From Nymphaea colorata (lineage: Eukaryota), in NCBI RefSeq assembly GCF_008831285.2, contig NC_045138.2:15500001-15564000 (forward strand): a DNA stretch of 64,000 nt. The letters run 5' to 3'. Shown in pieces: positions 38,693-50,110 of this stretch. The translations under genes were made by a program, and so were the position numbers. The notes beneath the pieces are model-generated. The model saw only the letters and a list, made by a program, of their open reading frames with translations. It was not told the DNA's origin and did not search any database. Every line of letters starts with the position of its first letter. Within the stretch, counting starts at the first letter, position 1.

Positions 38693-40666
38693 TCTTTTGT
38701 AAATATCTGGCTTTGTTAAAACTCGGTTTTTTAATCAGTTTTTGAAAGTTGACACACCCAAAATGTCCTTTTCCGTGAAAAAAGTAGGTGGGTAACTGGC
38801 TCCTCTTTGAAAATGACTTTTTGTTTCGAGTGAGCAGGAGGACGTCTGACCAGTCGAGTGAAGACTGAAGCTTTCCTCCATCCCCTCAAGGTCTAGGGCT
38901 GTTTTCGGTGTCGTGAAGTGACATCAAGCTGTGCTTGAACTTATGTATTAGTGGCCCCCATTTTGCAGCACAGAGAGTTGACACTACGAAAAGTAATGTT
39001 TTATTGAAAAGTTTGGTCGGTCACTCAAAAGATTCCTTAAAACTGCATTTTAGAGGCAAAGCGACATTATGCCTTCAAAACCAAAACATTTGTTTAAGCG
39101 TGTCATCAAATACAAGGAGGAGGGTTTTAATTTGTCATTTTTTCCATCTTCTATTTACTGTTGGTGAAGAAAACTTTAGTGATTATCATGACAAACATTT
39201 TTAGGGCTGTCCTGCACCAAATTCTATTTGCAGGCTCTGGAGCACCACCATTTTTGGTCACCTCATGGGCCAATAAGTACAAACTGACCAAATGTGGGCT
39301 CACCCCCACCAAATGAGAGGCCTCTCAGAGTTGGGTAGTAGGTGGCTTTCACGGTTTCACCCAAAAAAGGGCCAAACTATAAAAGCCTACAAAAGGAACA
39401 TCCTCTACTTTCTGGTCTCTGTTCATCCTCCTGGTTCAATAAGCCCTAAACTAACTGTCAATGAAATAAATGAAGCACAACCAATCTTTCCACCTTGATT
39501 AGTTAGATGCTTTAGCTTAAAATAAGACTTGTTGAATGCATCCTTCCTTCTTTGTCTTCTTCTTCATGGTGGAAAGCCCAGCCATTTCATAAAATTAACT
39601 TGACAGTGATTTTTTTTTTTTCTTTTTGGGTTTCAATGAAGAGCCCTTCAACACTTATTGAACCATACTTGCCCTAAATGTGATACCAGGGCAACTTCAT
39701 GAGAAATCTCAGGCTGCGGAACGACCAACTCCATTGAAAATTTGATCCCCAAGGTCTTCATCTTCACGCCTTTCACAGTCATTTTCTTCTCACAGGTTCT
39801 TCATTAATGGCTTCCAACCTTGATGACTCTTTAGTGGCAGAGACCAAAGTTGTTGGGTTAAGGCCACCTGTCCCAATTTCTGTGGCTTTTAATCCGTCTC
39901 TCCACATCATCTAAGAATATGTGGTCATAGTGGGCCAAGATAGTAGGGATTTTATGTCCCCGGATCATTAATTCCGTGGAAATTATTGGCTCCAAATGTT
40001 CAAATTTTTTGACTTGCTTAGATAAAGAAATCATAGTTAGAACCTCGTCATTGATTGATTTCATATCATTCCCTTGCGTGCCGAAAGAAACGATACTTTT
40101 TCACCCATCGGAAAAGTATAGCTCAATGGATTGCTAGGCCAAGTTGATATTCTGTCCAGCACAAAACGAAGGGATATACTCGCATATTCACGTCATCAAA
40201 CATATCTCCACACTCGCCCGATCCTTTTCTTGAGAATGATTGTTCATCCAGAACCTCAAAAAGTGCAGCCTAAGGCCCTCCTCCCCATTAATCTATATCA
40301 CCTATTCCACATGCCCCACAAGTTGAGAATCTCAATTCCGAAGTATCGGAAAGCTTTGTGCTTCATACAAGATGAGAGTTAAATCTTGATCTTTAAGTGC
40401 TCTTATCTAAACTAACTGATTGTTAGAAGATCAGGGGATCAATTCATAAAAGTGGGAAAAAGAAAGAGAAAATTTATGCACCATTTTGCTTTCTTTCTCC
40501 GAACTTGCCTTTACAAAATATGCTATAAAAATGGAACAAGATTATGTAACACAATCCTGTATCCTGTTCGTCTTCCTTTTTCGTTTTCTTTGTTGCTGTT
40601 TGCTCACTATTTGTGTATCACAATTTGCCAACATCGGGCGAAACTTATCCATCACCATTAGACTCA

Positions 40667-43479
40667 CTAGACTTTAGCTTCATCATTATCACGACCCTTG
40701 TCGGCCGCATGCTGGGCCGCAGTGGCCGAGCCCTTTTGGAGCTCGACGTCCGCCTCCTCCTCGGCGTCCCAGCTCGCGTGGACGCTGTACAGCAGGTACA
40801 TTGCCACCGCGAGCGCCGAGAACGCCCCGAACCGGACGTAGGAGGCGCGGTCCATCGAGCCCAGCAAGAACACGTTGAGAAACGCGGAGGTCGCCGGGAT
40901 CCAGGGCATCAGCGGCACGCCCCAGAACTCCGGCTTCCGCGCCGGAGACGCGGCCGAGTGGAAAGCCTGGAGCGCGGCGACCGCGCCCAGCCCGAACCCA
41001 CCCAGGAGCGCGGTCCGGACCCGGCCGGCCGGGCAGAGCTGCCAGCTCAGAGTGAAGCCGACGGAGAGGGCCGAGAAGGCCGCCAGAAAGCCGAGCGTCA
41101 GCCACCTGTCGCTCTTATCCTCCGCCACGTACCGCCGGTAGACGACCGCGTTTGCCACCATGTAGAAGACGAAGAGGGTGCCGATGGAGACCAGCTCCAG
41201 CAGCACCGCCAGATCTGTGATGACGGCGATCGCAGCCGTACAAATCCCTTCACATAAAAAGAAAAAAGAGTCAGAAACTGCCACTGTTCCGGTCAGAATT
41301 TACGGAAAAGGCCACTCCGGGAAACGTCTCTTTCGCCGTCGTTGAAGCCCAAGATTAAGAGTACAAATTGTACCGCCAGCCTAAAAATCCAGGCCAGAAG
41401 ATTCAAAAGGACGATAGAGATTCCCGGAAAAAAAAAGAAAAGGCCCGCTGAATGTTTCAAGAAAAAAATTAAAACTTGAGCCCGTTTTTGTTGATTGGCA
41501 AAAAGTCAAGCACCTTTTTGAGAAAAAAATAATTTTATTTTATTTCTCAAATATTAAGAGGTTAGAGGTCCCCCACACGGAAAAAAAAAAAAAAAAAATC
41601 GCTAATTTGGGTGCCATTTATTGTCATTTATCTGCATCTCCCACGAAGCCATGCAGCCATCAAAATCAAGGGAAGATGGCTTTACGCCGAAAAGGAAACG
41701 ACGCTGGAGGGTATTTTCGTCGCTATGAAAAAACCCAAAAAAGTCAAAGAAGAAACGGGACTCACCGAGGACGGCCGAGGCGTTGACCGGCGTGCCGGTT
41801 CTCCGGTGGATGCGGGCGAACCAGGGCGGGGCCACGCCGGACCTACCAATGACGCACAGGTACCTGGCCTGACCCAGCATGGCCACCATCAGGGACGTGA
41901 CTATGCCCAGGCTGGCGCCCACGCCCACCAGGTTCGACACCCACTCCCACCCTTCCACCCTCTTGAACGCCGACGAGAAGGGCGCATCCACCTCTATCTG
42001 AAAACCAAACACATGATACAAAACTGTCAATTTCCTTCACGATTCTTTCGCTTTTGCTCTCCCTGTCTCTGGCTCTCTAAGATAGGTTCGTGGAAGCCAT
42101 GAGCTATAAAGATTGGATAAGTCCACAAGCTTTTTGCCACGTCCTGTGACCACCAGCATTAAAGGCAAAAATCTTGATAAATGAATCTCTCTAGCACAAT
42201 TGGAAGGGCCCTCGATTATAAATTTATGTTCTATCGCCCAACTTAAGTAAGATTCTAAATAATCCGATCAAAAGCTGTTCACTTTCTTAAACTGCACCCC
42301 ATGATGAGCGTGCGGTGGGTCAAGGGGTTCGTACCGCGTCGTAAGGGACCAGCATGGCGAGGGCGGCGGCCATGAGGCAGTAGAGAACCGTGACGATGGC
42401 GACGGAGCCCGAGACGCCGATGGGGATGTCCTTGGCCGGGTGCTTCACCTCCTCGGCCATGGTCGAGACGGCGTCGTACCCGATGTAGCTCAGGTAGACC
42501 ATGGCCGCGCCGCTGAGCACGCCGCTCGCCCCGTACGGCAGGAAGCCGCCCGGGTGCTTCTCCGGGTTCATCGGGTGAACCAGGTTGCTGACGCGCCCCT
42601 TGGCGAACCCGATGGCGATGACGAGGACGATGAGGGAGATGTGCACCGACGTGAGGACCATGTTCAGCATCGAGCTCTCCTTCGTGCTGCCGGAGATCGA
42701 GAAGGGAAACGCTTCAATTTAGTCTGAATTTTGGAGGAGACATGGAATTCGCATCGCGAAATTGGTGGCGTCGTCGATCGGGTTTGCCTACCTGTAACAT
42801 ATGCAGATGGTGATCGTCAGGATGACGGCGACGGCGATGAGGTCGATATTCTGGTAATTTTTCGGGAGGCCGGAGACCGTAATCCTCCAGGCGTTCGGCG
42901 AGGAGTTGCTGAAGACGGTGGCGATGTAGGAGGTCAGGCCCCGGGCGACGGCGGCGTTGGAGACGACGTACTCCATCAGCAGATTCGCGCCGGTAACGAA
43001 CGCCGCGAATTCTCCTAGACACCAAGAAACAGGGGAATGAGGAGATGGGGAGTTTCGGAATCGGAGGAAGGCGGGAAACCCAGCGATGGGCAATTACCGA
43101 AGGTGACGCGCAGGTAGCTGAAGGCACCGCCCGCCACCGGCATTTCGACGGCGAACTCGGTGTAGCAGAAGGCGGATAGGAGGGCACAGAGGCCGGAGAC
43201 GGCGTAGGACAGGATGACGGCGGGACCGGCCTTGTTGCCGGCAGCGGAGCCCACTGTGACGAACACGCCGGCACCCACCATCCCGCCCATCCCTAGACCG
43301 ACGAGGTCGTACCACCGGAGCTTCCTCTGCATAGACGACCCCGAGCGGGCCCTCACCCTACTCATCTCCTCCATCGTCGTCGTCACCGCCCCTGCTCGCC
43401 GGGCGAACCTCGCCGGCGTCTGCAACAACGCGGCCCCATAGCCTCGTAGGCTCGAGAAAGAGCCCTCGTTCCCAGCCAT
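40667..43479 (-). CDS. CAT6: Cationic amino acid transporter (APC superfamily), CAT6/CAT7-like, ~589 aa, 5 exons
   Basis: Exons 43479-43098, 43014-42792, 42686-42335, 41997-41766 and 41247-40667 have GT-AG borders and total 1770 nt in frame. Motifs: LRWYDLVGLGMGGMVGAGVFV, CYTEFAVEMPVAGGAFSYLRVTFGEF, YIGYDAVSTMAEEV, GQARYLCVIGRS, LVSIGTLFVFYMVANA, WGVPLMPWIP. CAT6 and CAT7 cannot be separated by eye. Confidence 0.93.
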
Positions 43480-43876
43480 CACCCGCGCCCGCCCCCCCAC
43501 ACACACTCCCTTGTCCTGTGAATAAAGAAGAAGACGACGCAGAGAGAGAGAGAGACAGAGAGTGTGTGTGACAGAGCGAGGCTGTGAATTCTCTGAGCCT
43601 TCCAGGTCGAGTGGCGTCGGCAATTTAAAGGCGGCGAGATTTTACTGAAAGGCACTGTTGCGGGTCCATAATATCTTTAATGCCCTCCACCTGTCTTGTG
43701 ATCTCTCTTCGACCGAATTGCCCTCCTCCATTCTGGAAACGACAACCGCTACTCCAGTGGGTCCGGACCCGGACGTGGGCTCAGCTCGGTCTCAAAATCC
43801 TAAACTCGATCAATAAAACAATATGATTTTTTGGCTTCAAGTACGATGAGATTCTTGAGTCAAATTTAATTTCAAA

Positions 43877-43972
43877 GGGATAAGCTTCCTTGGTAGTATT
43901 TTATTTGTTTTCTGGCTCCGGCTTTTTAGTTGAAGGAGGTCACGAGTTCGACTCTTGTGAACGCGTCTTTTT
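43877..43972 (+). mobile_element. tRNA-derived SINE-like or tRNA pseudogene remnant
   Basis: tRNA T-arm/B-box: AGGTC-ACGAG-TTCGACT-CTTGT (43937-43958). Degenerate A-box-like TAAGCTTCCTTGGTAG (43881-43896). A T-run follows at ~43968. No complete cloverleaf. Confidence 0.35.
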
Positions 43973-45742
43973 CATACAATCTACTGAGAATCTCTGCCCA
44001 AAACCCACTTGCTATATAAAAAAAAATTATACCAAGTCAAATGTATCAGAAAACACATGAATCATTGAACAAACGTCCACCACTCAGCCCCACCTGCCAG
44101 TGGCGTTAAAGAGAGGCGTATCTCAACTTAAACGATAAGAATATCTTATTTTATCATTCAATAATGTGATGTTATTCAATGTGGAAGTAAGTTACTTTGG
44201 CCAACGCGTTCGAACCCAGACCGAGCCGGTCGGGGGGCATGAAAGTCCTTTCTTGGTTTGACCGAAGACCACCCAAGCCGTTGTGCATCATTGTCACGGA
44301 AGCTCCGAATGTCGCAAATACCCCTGCCGATAAAATAAAAAAGAGGGGCCTTGTGATGTCACGGAAAAGGTGCGATTCTGTTTCAGTAACGCATGGGCGT
44401 TGGCGTTGCAGTTCATGAGACGTTATGGTGGAGTTTGGATCATCTCCTGGATCCACTTTTTGGATCGCTTTTGAACCCTGGACCCTCCCAATCGGATCCA
44501 GGTAAGAGTCCGGGATCTGGTCTGTCTGGAAACTGTGGACTCATGGTGGGGCTGGTAATCCACTCACGGCTTTGGGTATAATGAGGGAGATCTTTCTCTT
44601 TTGTCCAACTCATTGAGTTTGTTTTGAACGGGCATACGAATCAGGTTTATGGCCAAACCAGATTCGGTTTGATTGGGACGTGAGTCCAGATTTGGATGAG
44701 GCAACGGATTGTGGACCATGTGGGTGCCCTCACATGCAAAGATACCGAGTCCCGTCTTGTTCTTGAACTACTTCAATGGCTCCCCTCATAAAATAATGGA
44801 TTTTTTTTACAATTTTGAACAATTAAAAAAAATGAGCAGTTGTTAGACCTTTGGGAGGCATCTCCTAATAGTAACACTTCTATGAATCCATCCTAAATAT
44901 GAAAAAAAACAAAATTACAAAATTGATGTATTCTACTATCTAAAATTGGTCAATTAGTATGTAGCGGTTCTTGGTTCCGAACCGGTTGCATCTAGATCCA
45001 TTATGAAATTCGGGTCAAATCGAAACTTATCTGGCCCAGTTACGACCAACACGAGCAAGGGAGTCCAAGCGGGTGAAAGGGTAGTTACGTCTTTCAGCGT
45101 CTTGCGGCAGATCGCCGCAGTGGCAAAATGGTCATCCGGCCATCTTCTATCCCTCTCGGCGTGAGCGCCAGGTAGCTCGAACAAGTGGCAGGTGATGACG
45201 TGTCTCAATCGGAGGCGTGGCGTCGCCGGGGATCTACACGTCGGATCGTACGGCAACCCCGGCGTGGCGCTGCTGACGGTGGCGGCGATTGACGGCGGGC
45301 TTAACGGCAGCCCCTCATTCCGTTACGGATTACGAGGCGAGCGTTTCCAACCTTTTGTGAAGCGGGTAATTCCGTGAAAATGTTGAGGGGCTGAAGGAAA
45401 ATTCTGCATCTTACGCCTGGAAACCAACTGGGAATTTCGTATTTTCTGATTTTTTCCAAAATTCGCTATCAGGCGCCTAAATGTTTTGATATTTCCAAAC
45501 GACCGCCTCGACCGGCTTGCAGTTTTCCGGTCAAAAGTGTGGGCCACGTGACCCAAGCTCGTAGCTTCCTGGAAGAGGGAGAGACTATGAATTACCAATT
45601 TAATCCAAATTTTCTTTGGGTGGGCGGAGAGGTGCTTGTTCTGATGCGAAAGGTAAGAGAATTTCTTTAAAACCACCTAATGACGAGAAATGAGTAGGAC
45701 CATGTAAGCATTTTAATTAGTTTATTCGACTTAAATTACAGT

Positions 45743-45828
45743 TAGATAGCGGAGCCAATGGGCTTGTATGGGCAGTTGCCTACACTGACCTCCATAATTT
45801 ATTTGTTTATATATTGGTTCCGCCACTT
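45743..45828. mobile_element. Short hAT-type MITE, same TIR family as 29881-29971
   Basis: TAGCGGAGCCAAT ... ATTGGTTCCGCCACT inverted ends. Flanks ATTACAGT / AATATAGT match at 6/8 (degenerate TSD). Confidence 0.55.
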
Positions 45829-47747
45829 AATATAGTTTGTTACTTATTGATGCCCTTCGCATCTGAGGTTTCTTTCTTTGTGTGAGTGTTTCTCCGCCAC
45901 AAATTTTTAACTTTGGCTGCGAGCAGTGGGCGTTCTTGAGATCAGCTGGTTGGATGAAGTGGGTCCTTTCGTCTGCAACTTTTTTATGCAAATCACTATA
46001 GAGAAAGCGATCTATGAGGGAGACATATAGACACACATGCAGATGCACAAAAATTGAGTGAGAGGAGGGAAAGGGGAGCCAATGCAATGCCGCGAAAGCT
46101 CTCAAAAACACAGAGAACACGACAGTCTTGCAATCTTTTTGGTCTTCTTCAATTCTCTGTTGTTTTCATTTAAAAAAATGAAAGCGGATCACAAAATATG
46201 ATCATGTAGCAATCAAAAATAGCGCGAATTTTGTGGAAATCGATAATAACAGGATGGCAAGTGTCAGCCTTAGGCTCTTATGGGCATCTCACTTAAAGCC
46301 CTCTAGTGTTTTTATTATACTATTAATACTTAGGCGCCTTCTTATAATCTTTTTTTTTTCATGTGATTGGAGAAGGGAGGTTAGAAGGCCAGCTAAGGGA
46401 AATGAGATTTAATACTCAAAGAGCGTATTTGAGTATCTTTTCTCTTATAAAGTATTATGGCCCATAAGGTGAGACTTGCAGGCACATTATTGTGTTGTGA
46501 TTGGAAGAAAACGTACTCAAACTACTTGGTTGGAATAAATAGCCTTTCTTCACCTCTGCGCCTCACCCTTCTCTAGTTGAATTGGATTGTAATAGGGTAA
46601 TATCTTTCCACTTCCTTTTTCTTAGCCTTTCTTTTCCCAAATTGCAGCTTGCTAGTAAAGGCTGAGCTAGAAATTTTTAGCTGAGTGGTTGTTGTAGTTA
46701 ACTTTAAATCATTTATGGGTATAGAGAGAGAGAGAGAGGAGCAAATGAAATAAGTGACGAGCTGTTACAATAAGTTACGAAGAAGATGCTGCAAGAGTGT
46801 GTGTGTGTCTGAGAGAGAGAGAGAGAGAGAAAGAAAGAAGAAAGAGATTATATAAAAATAGGTTAAGGATGTAAATATAGTTTCTGTTTCATTTCAATTT
46901 TAAAATACTTGCTCTATTAATGTCGATACGGGCCATAAATAAAAGTCAATACAAGCCCCACATATGATGAAATAGTAAGAAGTGGGCATTGAAGCATACT
47001 CCTATCAGTTCAGGTCAGGACCAAGAGACCAATTAAATTACATATCTAAGCATACGGGATTTGCAATTTTAAGCTGCCCAAGATTGAATTTTGAGATTTT
47101 GCCAATCCATCTGTAACTTACAGGCATTAACCCAGCATATTTATTCAAATATTCCCAAATTAATCTAAGTTAAATTTGTGAGACAAAAGCGCCGAGTTGT
47201 GTTGTATTGTAGAAGTACTGCAGAATTGAAGATAAGAAAGAACCGGAGTTCAACATTTATGGGCAAGAACTGCGTTGGAAGACGAGAAAGAAAGGGGACT
47301 AATCTCTGCACATATAGATCCAAAAAAGAGAGATAAAGGGATTGGAGATCTGATAAGCTCTCAAGAACATGGGATATGCATTGGGCACTGGACTCAATTG
47401 CAGAGGGGGAGCGATGAATAGAGCATCTCCAGAGCCACCATCTTGCATCACATCCTGTGATAAAAGTTTTTGGCAACTACCGACGAGATGTCAGCATTCC
47501 ATGCTTAAGGGCTAAGGCTGATAAGCCTAACCCCTAGTCCTTGACCCTAAAAAAAGGAAAAACGATTCTTCACCTTTTACTTGATTCTATGCCCTTCCAT
47601 GTGCCGTGTCTGCTACACATCCAGAGCAACTTCACCCCAGACCACAAAAAGTGTGCAGGAGCTCCTGCCATCACGCTTCTACCTTATCTGTAACTGCTGA
47701 AGGAAGGGTGATCTTTTAGGGTCAAAGTCAGTGGGGACGAAGGACAT

Positions 47748-47748
<1 letters not shown>

Positions 47749-47815
<67 letters not shown>

Positions 47816-47823
47816 CCCCCTCC

Positions 47824-47854
<31 letters not shown>
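47749..47854. repeat. Long compound (CT)n/(GT)n microsatellite
   Basis: Directly visible. Confidence 0.95.
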
Positions 47855-47855
<1 letters not shown>

Positions 47856-49789
47856 TGAGAGCATTTATTCCTGTAAAACAGAGGAGAAGATTGGCAGGAG
47901 AGAAATGACCAAGTCTGATGGTTGGTTTCTTGGTTGCCAGATTAATATTCCCAAGGGAACATTGGACGGTTGTAATTGCTTGGATTAAGGTGGTGAATTA
48001 AGCGAGAAAGCCATGGATGTACAAGATGTTAAAACCTTGCTTGCGCTCATCTAATCTGCCATATCCAGTGGTATTAACTTAGAAGTATGTACATCTAAAA
48101 GCACTGTTTACTAAGATCAATATCGTTGTATGCAAACCTAGAGCAGTGTGGGACATTTTTAAATTACAAACGCAGTTGAGCTTAAAGCGAGGCGTTCATG
48201 CTCATTTACATAAAGAACATAATTGGCTTCATGTTCACCATGTTCCAGGTGGGTCTTTTGGCGTAAGCTGGCGAGGGTTCGTCTAACTTCTGCTTGTCAA
48301 TAGAAACGAAAAGGGGAAAAGAAAAATTAAACTCTTCCCACGTCAGTGTGAACCTTGAACCATACTATGAACTTGAAAGTTTGCAGATGCTGCATATCTT
48401 GGACGTACTTGACCTAATACATGATGCTTATAGAAAAGGTTATGAAAAGGTTTAACGTTCTCTTAAAGAAAAGAGAAAAGGAACTCTGTAGCGCATGTTG
48501 TTTTTTGCAAACAGCATATTTTAGGGAATAAATTTGGATCAACTTAAAGAAGGACATGCTCACGAACTCTTGATTTTAATGGCAAGGGTTGGAGTATTGG
48601 ATGCAATATCCTGTCTTTAAGATAGATACTTAGTGCTAAACGTGTCGAGTAATGCAACTACCTAAAAGTTTTGCGGTGATTACCGGACCAACTGTAAATA
48701 CATGTACTGCTGAGATATAAGTCAAGATTTTAGGGAACCTTACCATGTGTTCACGGTAAGAATTATTTGCACGCTAGAAAAAGGGAGAATTATGCTCAAT
48801 TTTTGCACTCGTCACATGCGCGTGTAAGAGGGAAAGAAGAGAATTTAGCAATAGTATGGAACCTCTACCCGACATGTTCAATGGCTGGTCTCAAAGTTTT
48901 TACGTAATTGTGGCTACTTTTACCAAGAACTTTCATGAACGTCACACTGTTGCAGCAGTCAAAATATGCAGAAAACACTCCATATGTGCTGTGAAAGGGC
49001 AAGCAATCAATAGAATATTCTAGAGGCAAAGTAACTGAAGTTAGATACTTCGTGCTGTAGCAAGTGAAGACATTGCATTTCTCCTTTCTTATCATGCAAC
49101 GAAGGGAGATGCTTCTTTGGTGGTAAGTAGTAGGCCATAGAGAAGAATTTCTCAATTCACGCTAATTCCTCAAATTTACTCCAAATGGTTAAAGATGGTA
49201 GGTCCTGTCCGTGTTTGTCATGTTTATTTGATTTCAAGTGTTTAGCAAATCCAAATTAATTTAGAAAAGGAGAAATCAGATCAGGTGATGCCCAAAACAG
49301 GCTAAAGAACAACAGAGGATTGCTGACTGTCAGGAAAAGATAATGCAAACCATGCATATATTCATACCAAAACATCTATGGACTGGGATAGATTCATATA
49401 TCTCTTTGTTTGCATTAGAGGATTCCAACACAAATGATCGATGCACGACTCTGTGCTTGACAGGGACCAACCGACTAAGGTCTCACGTAATGCAGAAACT
49501 TCTACTTTCACAACCCCGATTGCTTCAAGGATGCTCGCACAATCTCTCTGTTATCTGTCTCTAACTTTTCTCTACCTTTGTGTATCTGTTTCTGACTCAT
49601 TTGAGTTGCTATATGGGTTTTCGATCATGCCCATCATGGGCGGAACCAGATCTAACAGATCGTCTTGGTCTGCTAGCACTGGCATGGTAAGTCTCGTCCG
49701 ATTCATTCTCAAACTTGTCACATCCTGATGTGATTCTCAAGGCTATCTTGTGCTTTCTAGATCATCCAAACTCCTGATTCAACGAGGTA

Positions 49790-50110
49790 ACACATTGCTT
49801 CCCTCTCACAAGCACCATCCGTTGGTGAATTGATACCTTAACTAGTTATCTACAGCATGATGTGACTAGACTATACCAACATGGCAACTCTCCTCATGAT
49901 ATAATAAGGCAGAAATTGCTCTCACAAGCACCACTCATTAACGACATTGATACCTTAACTGGTTATCTACGTCAGGATGTGATTAGGGCATACCATGATC
50001 ACAAATTTCAGTCTCCTGGTAATATGGGAAGGGACATTGCTCTCACAAGCACCATCCATTAAGGAAATATACGTATATGCATCGTGATGTGATTAGGGCA
50101 CACCGCGATT
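49790..50110. repeat. Diverged tandem array of about three ~118-bp units
   Basis: CTCTCACAAGCACCA at 49803, 49919 and 50040. ATTGATACCTTAACT(A/G)GTTATCTAC occurs in units 1 and 2, and GATGTGA(C/T)TAG in all three. Confidence 0.85.

Noticed and set aside
40613..43441. Long antisense and alternative-frame ORFs over the CAT gene (e.g. 40613-41257 +, 41611-42102 +, 42714-43274 -)
   Set aside because: Shadow ORFs expected from very GC-rich codons. They track the real exons and have no recognisable domains.
49790..50110. CRISPR-like repeat-spacer interpretation of the tandem array
   Set aside because: Eukaryotic context, no cas genes, and the intervening segments are ~100 bp and homologous to each other.
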